This document shows positions 38,043 to 46,133 of a stretch of 46,324 bases of DNA, in pieces. Positions within the stretch are counted from its first letter, which is position 1; each line of letters starts with the position of its first letter. The stretch comes from a virus. Lineage: Duplodnaviria > Caudoviricetes. The DNA is taken from IMG/VR virus record IMGVR_UViG_3300002091_000047, positions 1 through 46,324 of that record; one strand, given 5' to 3'. The notes below the pieces were generated by a model that saw only the letters and a list, made by a program, of their open reading frames with translations, had not been told where the DNA came from and searched no databases. The position numbers and the translations under genes are program-made.

Positions 38043-39380
38043 ATGAATAATAAAGAAATAATTAACGAAGAAATTAATAAATTTAAATTATTAATGAAAT
38101 ATGACTCAGGAAAAACTTTAACTGAGAATACTAGTGAAATAATTAGTGAACAATGGAAAGCCGCTCTTGAAGATTTAGGTAAAGTTGCTGCTAGAGACGC
38201 AGAAGGTGTTACTCGAAGTCTTGAAACAGCGTTTAAAGATGGTACTGTTAAAATGAGTGAAATGGTTACTCAGGATGGTGTTAGATTAACAAAAGTATCT
38301 GATGTGTTAGAAAACTTAAGATTAGGAAAACTTGGACCATCTGCCACAGGTAGTGTCGCTAAAGGTCTTTTCTTAAAAGGGTCTACATCCGAAATTCGTG
38401 CATTGGCTGCAGATTCAATTACCTCAATGGGGCAATTTACTAAAAAATTCGCAAATAAAAGTAGACAAGAAATCGTTTCAGAATTAATGAGTAAATATTC
38501 AAAACAAGATGCCGATTTATTAGCGGATACTTTCTTAAAGAAAAGAGGTATAGGTCAAGATGTTGTTAAATCAGGTGAAGAAGTTGCTAAAACAGGTCAA
38601 GAAGTTGCCAAATCAAGTGAGGCTGCAGGTACAGTCACTAAAACAAGTGATGGTATCGTCATTAAAGGGGATAATAATATAGTATATATGTCCAAAGATG
38701 GTTCAAGTATGAAAGTTGTTAATAGTGAAACAAATGAAACCCTAAACATTACTAAAGGTCAAAAAATAAAAAGTGGTACGGGTGTGGAACTAACTGCAAC
38801 TGAATTACCATCAACTGAGACAATGTCTACAATGGAAAAAATGTCTCAAAAATTAAAAGATATAGCTAAAAAAGCGGTAACTTCAAAATGGAATTGGAAA
38901 CGAATACTTAAATGGTGTGCCGCCATAGGTATAACAGGAAGATTGTTATGGTGGTATTTTGCAACTCACGATGGGCCGGTACCTGATGATATCCCAACAA
39001 CACCACCGGATGATAATGATAATAATAATGATGGTGGTAATGATGATGGTATTTACACAACACCGGGAGACCCATATCAATATAAAGTAGTTGATTGTGT
39101 TTGGTTTACTAAAAGTTTAGAACAAAGAGGTAAAATAATTTCAGATTGGACTTCATTAGCTAATAATCAAAAAGCTATTGGTATTCTTGATGGAAGATTC
39201 CCTGAAGCTAGACAAAATTGTAATGGGAATACATCATCAACAACTACCACAACAACAACAACAGGTAGTACAGTAACTCAAACACCTCAAGATAAACTTA
39301 ATCAAGATTATAATGTGACACCACAACCAAATGCTCAGGCAGAGGTTCAAACAACAAATGACGATATAAATAATTATTAA
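38043..39380 (+). CDS. protein with INEEI/LTE leader and a TM segment
   Basis: IINEEINKFKLLMKY..TLTEN; WCAAIGITGRLLWWYF. Confidence 0.55.
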   Translation: MNNKEIINEEINKFKLLMKYDSGKTLTENTSEIISEQWKAALEDLGKVAARDAEGVTRSLETAFKDGTVKMSEMVTQDGVRLTKVSDVLENLRLGKLGPSATGSVAKGLFLKGSTSEIRALAADSITSMGQFTKKFANKSRQEIVSELMSKYSKQDADLLADTFLKKRGIGQDVVKSGEEVAKTGQEVAKSSEAAGTVTKTSDGIVIKGDNNIVYMSKDGSSMKVVNSETNETLNITKGQKIKSGTGVELTATELPSTETMSTMEKMSQKLKDIAKKAVTSKWNWKRILKWCAAIGITGRLLWWYFATHDGPVPDDIPTTPPDDNDNNNDGGNDDGIYTTPGDPYQYKVVDCVWFTKSLEQRGKIISDWTSLANNQKAIGILDGRFPEARQNCNGNTSSTTTTTTTTGSTVTQTPQDKLNQDYNVTPQPNAQAEVQTTNDDINNY

Positions 39381-39382
39381 TT

Positions 39383-41116
39383 ATGAAAAAAATATTAAAA
39401 GAACAAACACAACAAGTGGTTAACGCACCTAAAGATGAATATGATTTATTAACAAAAACTCCTTTATTACAAAGTAGAGGTACTTTAGTTAATCTATGTC
39501 GTTCCGCAAATGGAAACCCAACAATTGTTAGAATTGGTGGTAAAACATATTTTGCGGGTATTAAAACACCAAAAAATAATTATTTATTATACGATGGTAG
39601 AGTTGCAAAAAGAACATCTGAAAGTAGTTGTGAATATCAATACGTAACTAAAGATGGTAAAATAGTTCAATTAAATGGAATTGCACCACAAACATTACAA
39701 TTACAATATTTAGATGTTTTAAAACAATTTGGGATTAATCCAATGGACCAAAATGTTGATTTGTATTTTAAATTAAATAGTATTACCAACGCATTTAAAG
39801 GTTTAATTGCTAAAGGAGCTGTTTCACCAACATTTAAAAGATGGAATAACTTATTAACATATTATTTTCCAAATACATATGAAACTATTAAGTTAATACC
39901 TAGTAATGAAGAAAAAACATTAGAAGTTCCTCAAAACACAACAATATTATCTCAAAAATATAATATGATACCGAATATCAGTAAATACGGTATTAATATT
40001 GAGGGTGGTGATATACAAGTTTATTTACCTAAAGACCAAGCACCTGATACTTTTACTCAAAGTACTAAAAGAGATTCTGGTGAATGTAAAACCGCTTTAG
40101 AAAAATATTTAGGAACTGCATTTAATTTTGAGGGTCAAAGTAATATTGATGTAAATCAAGATGTTATTGATAGTCAAAAATATCTTAGAGGTTGTTACGC
40201 AAATGGTACTTATGAATCTATTAATTTAACACCTGAGGATATGAGACCTTATTTAGATGTTGCTAATGAAGATTCACCTTTTGGAACAGGATTTTTAGGT
40301 AATTTATCTAAAATGGGTAAAAGTTTAAGTATTGATAATATTAAAAAATTATTATCAGGAAAAAGTAAATTTTTACCATCAGGAACTAATCCATATGTAC
40401 CGTTTTATTTAAGACCAAAAGACGCAATGAATGAGTCGTCAAACAAACTTAAAAAAATCATTAAAGAAAATTTAAATGAAATTACAAATCAGAAAAAAAC
40501 ATTACTTAATGAAGAACGTAAGATTATTGGAAATAGAGTTAAAATTTTAGTTGAAGGTAGAGTTATTAAAACAGAACCTCAAATGAGGAAATTTGCGATG
40601 GAAATGTTTAGTGAAGCTCTTTATTTAAATCAACAAGGATTTAATAAAGATTTGATTAACGAAAGTTTTTTTGACACTTTAAAAGGTATGTTCAGTGGTG
40701 TTGGTTTTGATTCTATTGGGGAATATTTTAAAGAACAAGTTGCAAAATACATTATAAGCAAAATTGCTCCAGGTGAAGAAAATGGATGGATTGCAGGAAT
40801 TATTGAAAAATTAATTGGTAATACACCTATTACTGACATTCCAAAGTTACTTAATTGTGATTATTTAGTACCTAAATTATCGGAATCAATTGTTGAAGAA
40901 GTCCTTGACAAAGCTAAAAATTCTATGGGATTGTCAGGGGCAATTTCAGATATAATAAGAAATGGTATTGTAACATCTTTAGATAAAACTGAATTAGCAA
41001 AAAGTTTAGAAAAATCATTAACAAGTGTTGTTTGTCCGTTATTAAGTACCGTTTCAAATAAATTGATGGGTGTTGCAAGTAATATGAAAGATAAAGCGTT
41101 GGCTGCGGTCGCTTAA
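39383..41116 (+). CDS. large hypothetical (possible head-associated) protein
   Basis: KKILKEQ, LKKIIKENLNE and LINES motifs. Confidence 0.55.
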   Translation: MKKILKEQTQQVVNAPKDEYDLLTKTPLLQSRGTLVNLCRSANGNPTIVRIGGKTYFAGIKTPKNNYLLYDGRVAKRTSESSCEYQYVTKDGKIVQLNGIAPQTLQLQYLDVLKQFGINPMDQNVDLYFKLNSITNAFKGLIAKGAVSPTFKRWNNLLTYYFPNTYETIKLIPSNEEKTLEVPQNTTILSQKYNMIPNISKYGINIEGGDIQVYLPKDQAPDTFTQSTKRDSGECKTALEKYLGTAFNFEGQSNIDVNQDVIDSQKYLRGCYANGTYESINLTPEDMRPYLDVANEDSPFGTGFLGNLSKMGKSLSIDNIKKLLSGKSKFLPSGTNPYVPFYLRPKDAMNESSNKLKKIIKENLNEITNQKKTLLNEERKIIGNRVKILVEGRVIKTEPQMRKFAMEMFSEALYLNQQGFNKDLINESFFDTLKGMFSGVGFDSIGEYFKEQVAKYIISKIAPGEENGWIAGIIEKLIGNTPITDIPKLLNCDYLVPKLSESIVEEVLDKAKNSMGLSGAISDIIRNGIVTSLDKTELAKSLEKSLTSVVCPLLSTVSNKLMGVASNMKDKALAAVA

Positions 41117-41184
41117 ACGTACCTCCGGAGTAGAGACCGGACGGGATTAACCATCTAAAAGAAAGGGGAGAATTCAAAATCTAG

Positions 41185-41216
41185 CAGAAAGGTGTCGTAA
41201 GACACCTTTTTGTTGC
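41185..41216 (+). terminator. intrinsic terminator
   Basis: AAAGGTGTC-GTAA-GACACCTTTTT. Confidence 0.8.
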
Positions 41217-41274
41217 TCAAAAAAATTTTTAAAAAAAATTTGATTTATAAATAAACTTATACTACTTTTGTCCA

Positions 41275-41535
41275 ATGAAAACATTTGATGATTTAGTATT
41301 TAAACCACACGCAATGGGTAGAGGAGCCGTTCAAGCAAGAATGGACTTAGGAAACGATATTGAAGTTTCTGTGGTTGGTGGGCCGGGATTATACGGAAAT
41401 GGAACAACATCATTTGAAGTTGCAGCATTCTACAAAACTCTTGATAAGTTTGTACCATTTGAAAATGATGATGTTTCAGGATGGAACTCAAAAGAAGAAG
41501 TAACAAAAATTATTAACAGATTAGAAAATTTATAA
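41275..41535 (+). CDS. hypothetical phage protein
   Basis: After a TTTG..TACTTTTG promoter; VSVVGGPGLYG..FEVA. Confidence 0.75.
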   Translation: MKTFDDLVFKPHAMGRGAVQARMDLGNDIEVSVVGGPGLYGNGTTSFEVAAFYKTLDKFVPFENDDVSGWNSKEEVTKIINRLENL

Positions 41536-41538
41536 ATT

Positions 41539-41805
41539 ATGCCGGATTTTAGTACAGAAATTGATATTGATGCTTGGGATTATATCTCAGCGTGTTCCAA
41601 TAGAGAAGTTAAAGAGTTAATTGAGGCTCTTGTTGAAAATGGTCATTTAGATTCATTCAACGGACAAGTTAAACCCACAAATGTTCACAACACTCTATTA
41701 GATGATGAGTGGTGGGAGTCGTTAGTGAAACTTAGAGATTCAAGACATTTGTTATCACCTGAAGATGAAAATAGAATTACCGATATAGCAAACAAATTAG
41801 TTTAA
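41539..41805 (+). CDS. hypothetical protein
   Basis: 88-aa ORF. Confidence 0.7.
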   Translation: MPDFSTEIDIDAWDYISACSNREVKELIEALVENGHLDSFNGQVKPTNVHNTLLDDEWWESLVKLRDSRHLLSPEDENRITDIANKLV

Positions 41806-41809
41806 AGAT

Positions 41810-41986
41810 ATGTGGGTAATAGTAAAAATGGTAAAACATCATACCGGAGTTGAATTACCGGTTATATTAGTGGATTCTTATTCAGAAATAATGAGTTTTG
41901 ATACAGAGGGAGAAGCGTTAAAAATGAAAGAAATTTTTGAAGCAAATTCAGATTCAGGTCATAAATATATTGTTAAAAAACATTAA
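41810..41986 (+). CDS. small hypothetical protein (58 aa, not in ORF track)
   Basis: MWVIVKMVKHHTGVELPVILVD... Confidence 0.65.
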   Translation: MWVIVKMVKHHTGVELPVILVDSYSEIMSFDTEGEALKMKEIFEANSDSGHKYIVKKH

Positions 41987-42076
41987 TTAAAAAAAATATT
42001 TGACTTTTGATGAACTTTTCGTAAGTTTGTGATAGTTATAAGAAACAAGGTAGAAATACCACAAAAAAAAAGAAAA

Positions 42077-42199
42077 ATGAAAAACACTAATAAACATATG
42101 AACGTCGTGATTTGGAGCCAACAATTTAGTAATTGTTCGTATCCGCGTATCTCGAATACAAGTTCAGATGATTTATCAAGTGATTTAACAACAATATAA
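42077..42199 (+). CDS. putative 40-aa leader peptide upstream of the tRNA array
   Basis: MKNTNKHMNVVIWSQQFSNCSYPRISNTSSDDLSSDLTTI; A-rich translation start. Confidence 0.5.
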   Translation: MKNTNKHMNVVIWSQQFSNCSYPRISNTSSDDLSSDLTTI

Positions 42200-42224
42200 T
42201 TTAGTTAAACCAACAATACAAGAT

Positions 42225-42259
42225 AAAGTCCTGAACTCAAAAAGTTCAGGATTTTTTTT
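42225..42259 (+). terminator. intrinsic terminator (attenuator-like)
   Basis: TCCTGAACT-CAAAA-AGTTCAGGA with a T8 run. Confidence 0.8.
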
Positions 42260-42311
42260 GTTTCACAATAAATGAAATACAAATTAAAATTTCAAAAAAA
42301 GTGAAATAAAG

Positions 42312-42342
42312 TTTGGAAGTGAATAAAAAAGGATTACCTTTG
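42312..42342 (+). promoter_or_regulatory. Bacteroidota sigmaA promoter for the tRNA array
   Basis: TTTG at 42312 plus TACCTTTG at 42335. Confidence 0.7.
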
Positions 42343-42390
42343 TCCCATCAAAATAAAGGATAAGTTATTTGAAATATTGGTAAGAAAAAT

Positions 42391-42472
42391 GGAAGAGTGG
42401 ACAGTTGGTCGTCAAGCGCTCTTGAAAAGCGTCGCTCGTAATGGGTTGCAGGTTCGAATCCTGTCTCTTCCG
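42391..42472 (+). tRNA. tRNA-Ser(TGA)
   Basis: GCGCT-CTTGAAA-AGCGT anticodon arm, long variable arm. Confidence 0.9.
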
Positions 42473-42477
42473 CAGAA

Positions 42478-42549
42478 TGGATTATAGTGTATCGGTTCGC
42501 ACATAACTCTTTGAAAGTTACAGGTCAAGTTCGATTCTTGATAATCCAA
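42478..42549 (+). tRNA. tRNA-Gln(TTG)
   Basis: TAACT-CTTTGAA-AGTTA; TGGATTA/TAATCCA acceptor. Confidence 0.88.
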
Positions 42550-42556
42550 CAAAAAT

Positions 42557-42628
42557 GGTGATATGTCCGAGCGGTTAAGGAGTTGGTCTGCAAAACCAAT
42601 CAGGTGGGTTCGATTCCTACTATCACCT
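42557..42628 (+). tRNA. tRNA-Cys(GCA)
   Basis: TTGGT-CTGCAAA-ACCAA; U73. Confidence 0.9.
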
Positions 42629-42682
42629 CAACGGGTTCGGTGGAAACCCAAGAATAGATGATGAGTCTATGTCCACCAAAAC

Positions 42683-42750
42683 GCCGAGTGGTCCGGGACC
42701 AAAGACGGCTCATATCTGACTTTAGAATGGTTCAACACCATTACTCGGTA
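42683..42750 (+). tRNA. atypical tRNA(CAT) with minimal D arm
   Basis: GCCGAGT/ACTCGGT acceptor; CTCATAT loop; AATGG-TTCAACA-CCATT T arm. Confidence 0.6.
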
Positions 42751-42803
42751 CGGGACGAACTAAATTTGTATGTTTATAGGTTGGAAGAACAAAACATATA
42801 TTC

Positions 42804-42874
42804 ACCTTGTTGGCGTAACGGAAGCGTATTTGTTTTACATACAAAGGGAAGTGGTTCGATTCCACTACGAGGTA
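42804..42874 (+). tRNA. tRNA-Val(TAC)
   Basis: TTTGT-TTTACAT-ACAAA. Confidence 0.85.
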
Positions 42875-42929
42875 CAAAAAATTTTATAAAAAATTTGGTA
42901 GTTTAAAAATTAATTCGTAATTTTGTCCA

Positions 42930-43298
42930 ATGAAAAGATTTAAAGTAAGATTCAATCTAGGTCGAGGTGTTAAATACCTTAAATGGAAAATAGAACATCC
43001 GGATAAAGAACCGGAATATCTTGACCCAAATGAAGTTCAGTTAGTTCTTAGAAATTGTGAATTAAAAAACAATCAAACATCCTCTAAAAAAATATTTGAC
43101 GGGGCAAACAAAAGAGTTTGTTCTTGGGTATTATGTGAGTCGATGGAGATTAAAAGAAATGATTTTTCAAGTCAGAGTGAAAATCAAATTAGATACAACC
43201 CAAGAGTTCAACCAAATTGGTTGTTGAACGGTGAGAATGTGGATGGTGAAAAATTTGATACAATCATTAGTGACGGAAGAAGATTGTTTAAAGTATAA
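42930..43298 (+). CDS. hypothetical phage protein
   Basis: Own TAATTTTG promoter box; 122 aa. Confidence 0.75.
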   Translation: MKRFKVRFNLGRGVKYLKWKIEHPDKEPEYLDPNEVQLVLRNCELKNNQTSSKKIFDGANKRVCSWVLCESMEIKRNDFSSQSENQIRYNPRVQPNWLLNGENVDGEKFDTIISDGRRLFKV

Positions 43299-43301
43299 AT
43301 T

Positions 43302-43385
43302 GGAAAGTAAAAGTCGTTCGGATACGATAGCCTGACTGTAAATCAGGTCCTCACGGGAGTGGTTCGAGTCCACTACTTTCCACCA
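43302..43385 (+). tRNA. tRNA-Tyr(GTA)
   Basis: CCTGA-CTGTAAA-TCAGG, variable arm, encoded CCA. Confidence 0.9.
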
Positions 43386-43526
43386 ATGATAATGGTTTTC
43401 TCTATCCATCGGATGTCGACAATCCCGGATAGGTCAAAGAATTCACACACCCTCTGCCGGTGCACCGAGAAAACTTGAATAAGGCAGTTAAGATTGGAGC
43501 GAGACGGGTACTCCATCATTATCATT
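43385..43526 (+). ncRNA. unidentified structured RNA with pseudoknot potential
   Basis: AATGATAATG/CATTATCATT closing stem; GTTTTCTC/GAGAAAAC; CTGCC/GGCAG crossing helix; TGGAG/CTCCA. Confidence 0.6.
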
Positions 43527-43530
43527 AATT

Positions 43531-43603
43531 GGCTCTCTGGTATAAGTGGTCTGTACGTATGTCTGAAGAACATAAGGATGGGGTTCGATTCCCCGGGGAG
43601 TCA
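43531..43603 (+). tRNA. tRNA-Phe(GAA), divergent copy
   Basis: TATGT-CTGAAGA-ACATA. Confidence 0.8.
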
Positions 43604-43610
43604 CAAACAA

Positions 43611-43683
43611 GGTGATGTAGCTCAGTCGGTAGAGCAATAGACTGAAAATCTATGTGCCGTTGGTTCGATTCCAACCATCACCA
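43611..43683 (+). tRNA. tRNA-Phe(GAA)
   Basis: ATAGA-CTGAAAA-TCTAT, canonical D and T arms. Confidence 0.92.
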
Positions 43684-43746
43684 CGAGGTTACCTTACACC
43701 TCCTATATGGCACTCGGTCCGTTAAGCCGGGGAAGTGAGGTAATAT

Positions 43747-43821
43747 TGGTCTGAAGATTAAGTGGTATACAGCGGAGGTTTGTTAAACCTAGGATAGCAG
43801 GTTCGAGTCCTGTCAGACCAG
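43747..43821 (+). tRNA. tRNA-Asn(GTT)
   Basis: AGGT-TTGTTAA-ACCT; TGGTCTG/CAGACCA acceptor; weak D stem. Confidence 0.75.
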
Positions 43822-43847
43822 CAAAACCTTAATAAAGGTTTATATAT

Positions 43848-43920
43848 GGAGGTTATAGTATAACGGTTAGTATGTTAGATTGTGGTTCTGAAGGTGAGAG
43901 TTCGATTCTCTCTAATCTCC
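43848..43920 (+). tRNA. tRNA-His(GTG)
   Basis: TTGTGGT loop; 8-bp acceptor with G-1:C73. Confidence 0.88.
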
Positions 43921-43991
43921 CAAATAAAAAATTGTTATGAAAAAGGTATTTGATAATCTTTGAGGTCTGATAAACAACAGACTCATCGATT

Positions 43992-44180
43992 ATGAGTGTA
44001 AACACTAACAGAAAAAGACTGAACAAGGCGACTTGTTCAAAAGATTACAGAGTAATTTGGTTAAAGTTTGAATTTCCCCCCTATTGGGATGAAGGTTTAA
44101 ACTTCAAAAAAGGTCATTCATCGATTAAGTACAGAAGTTATAAAACTTGGAAGTACAACCGAAAAACTCAGTGGAAATAG
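43992..44180 (+). CDS. small basic protein
   Basis: 62 aa; YRSYKTWKYNRKTQWK. Confidence 0.65.
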   Translation: MSVNTNRKRLNKATCSKDYRVIWLKFEFPPYWDEGLNFKKGHSSIKYRSYKTWKYNRKTQWK

Positions 44181-44219
44181 TATTCACGGGGATTGGAGTC
44201 CTTGGCGGTGTGCAAAAAT

Positions 44220-44306
44220 GGAGAATAGTCTAATATTGGTTTGTAGTGGCATCCTGCTAAGATGTTCCGGGTAAAACCGGTGAGGGTTCGATTCCCTTGT
44301 TCTCCG
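44220..44306 (+). tRNA. tRNA-Ser(GCT)
   Basis: GCATC-CTGCTAA-GATGT, long variable arm, G73. Confidence 0.85.
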
Positions 44307-44379
44307 CTGAAAAATTAAAAAAAGTAGGTTTGAGTATGGTTTTTTAGATTTTTTGTGATATTTATAATAAAAGAATATT

Positions 44380-45243
44380 ATGAGTGATGAAGATAAAATA
44401 AAAATTATTAAAGAATCTAAAAGTAAGACCGATGCTAAAAATAAATTAGGGTTTCACTCTAATGGTGTTGGAAGTAAAAAATTATTAAGCCTTTGTGTTG
44501 AATTAGGTATCCCGACAAATTATTGGGATAGTATTAAAGAACAAAAAGTATCTAAATGTCTGATGTGTGGTAATGAAATTGAACATTATAAAAAATTTTG
44601 TAATAATTCTTGTTCGGCAACATATAACAACTCATTAAGAAGTGGTGTTTCCGAAGAACAAAAATTAAAAACATCGGAAACCTTAAAACGAAAATATAAA
44701 AATAATGAAATAGTAAATGCTAACAAAGGTAAAACATTATATAACAAACGAGGTACTCGTATTAAACAGGAATTTACGGAAAAAAAATGTATAGTTTGTG
44801 GTAATGAATTCAAAGCTAAAGGTTATCCATCTAAAGCAAGACATACGTGTTCAAATGAATGTCAGATTAGTAAAGTGACCGGAAGAACATATTTGAATGG
44901 AAGTCGAAAAAATATTGAATATTTTAATAAATGGATTAATAAGAATATTAATTTAGAATCTTCTTGGGAATTGAAAATTGCTGAAAGACTTGATGAATTA
45001 AATATTGAATGGGTTAGACCAAAATATTTGAAATGGATTGATTCAAATAATGTTGAAAGATTGTATTATCCTGACTTTTATTTACCTAAGTATTTGTTAT
45101 ATTTAGACCCAAAAAACGAATATTGTTTAGTTAAAGATAAAGAAAAAATGGAATTTTTTGAAAATATCATCAATATTAAGTATGGACATATTGATTTTGT
45201 ATTATCAGAAATAAATAAGTTAAATAACGAGAATGAGGTGTAA
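44380..45243 (+). CDS. putative homing endonuclease: Zn fingers + PD-(D/E)xK nuclease
   Basis: Two CxxC...CxxxC motifs; ESSWE, YYPDFYLP..YLDPK. Confidence 0.7.
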   Translation: MSDEDKIKIIKESKSKTDAKNKLGFHSNGVGSKKLLSLCVELGIPTNYWDSIKEQKVSKCLMCGNEIEHYKKFCNNSCSATYNNSLRSGVSEEQKLKTSETLKRKYKNNEIVNANKGKTLYNKRGTRIKQEFTEKKCIVCGNEFKAKGYPSKARHTCSNECQISKVTGRTYLNGSRKNIEYFNKWINKNINLESSWELKIAERLDELNIEWVRPKYLKWIDSNNVERLYYPDFYLPKYLLYLDPKNEYCLVKDKEKMEFFENIINIKYGHIDFVLSEINKLNNENEV

Positions 45244-45303
45244 CCAGGTTGCATACATACTTTGGGAGTATGTGGAGGCGTTCGAATCGCACATTCTCGA
45301 CCA
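45228..45303 (+). tRNA. tRNA-Pro(TGG)
   Basis: CATAC-TTTGGGA-GTATG; CGAGAAT/ATTCTCG acceptor; encoded CCA; weak T stem. Confidence 0.82.
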
Positions 45304-45306
45304 ATT

Positions 45307-45379
45307 CGGTCAGTAGCTCAATCAGTAGAGCATTCACCTGATACGTGAAAGGTAGTAGGAGCATAGCCTACCTGACCGA
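45307..45379 (+). tRNA. tRNA-Ile(GAT) with non-canonical D and T loops
   Basis: TTCAC-CTGATAC-GTGAA; T loop AGCATAG. Confidence 0.78.
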
Positions 45380-45462
45380 CAAATGTGGCTCACAAACCAT
45401 AATTATTAAGCTCAGAATTGGTATTTTCTGAGCCCAATATTAAGGTGAAATGAGCTCAATAA

Positions 45463-45534
45463 TCCCTCGTAGCAAACCGGTGTAGGCAATTGGCTTTTAA
45501 CCAATGGGGCCGAGTTCGACTCTCGGCGGGGGAA
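45463..45534 (+). tRNA. tRNA-Lys(TTT)
   Basis: ATTGG-CTTTTAA-CCAAT; CCGAG-TTCGACT-CTCGG. Confidence 0.85.
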
Positions 45535-45569
45535 CAAATAAAAAAATGTTTAACTAAAAATCAAAAGTC

Positions 45570-46076
45570 GTGAGTAAATACGGAAAAACTTTGGTTTTGG
45601 ATTCAAGTTATATGGCAAGGTCTATAATCAACACCGATAGGGCTTTTGTGATTACATATAAAGGTAATGCCGATATTGTTGCTGAACATCCGGAATCATT
45701 TAAATTAGTAAATCCTGAATTAGACATTAAAAAACCCTCAATTATTAGGGTTTATAAATATGTGAATCAGGTGATTCAAAAAGTTCCATTAAGTCGGGAA
45801 AACATCTATAGACGAGACAATTACGAATGTGTTTATTGTGGTGATAATAATAAAAAAACTCTTACCTTAGACCACGTAATACCCCAATCTAAAGGAGGTA
45901 AAGATACGTGGGACAACTTGGTAACTGCTTGTAGAAAATGTAACAGTGAGAAGTCTAATTTAACGTTAGAGGAATATGGTAAAGAAATTCCTCAACCAAG
46001 ACGACCACACTATCTAATGTTAATGAAACAAGTTCATCATATTCCAAAAGAATGGGAACCTTATTTATTTTTCTAA
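45570..46076 (+). CDS. HNH endonuclease (McrA-like)
   Basis: RDNYECVYCG, TLDHVIPQSKGGKDTWDNLVTACRKCN. Confidence 0.9.
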   Translation: MSKYGKTLVLDSSYMARSIINTDRAFVITYKGNADIVAEHPESFKLVNPELDIKKPSIIRVYKYVNQVIQKVPLSRENIYRRDNYECVYCGDNNKKTLTLDHVIPQSKGGKDTWDNLVTACRKCNSEKSNLTLEEYGKEIPQPRRPHYLMLMKQVHHIPKEWEPYLFF

Positions 46077-46133
46077 AAATTTTGGCAGAATAAAAAATAG
46101 TTGTATCTTTGTTGAAATAAAAACGGAGAAATT

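Noticed and set aside
42658-43573. ORFs 42658-42906, 43167-43409 and 43373-43573
   Set aside because: They overlap tRNAs or structured RNA and are spurious translations
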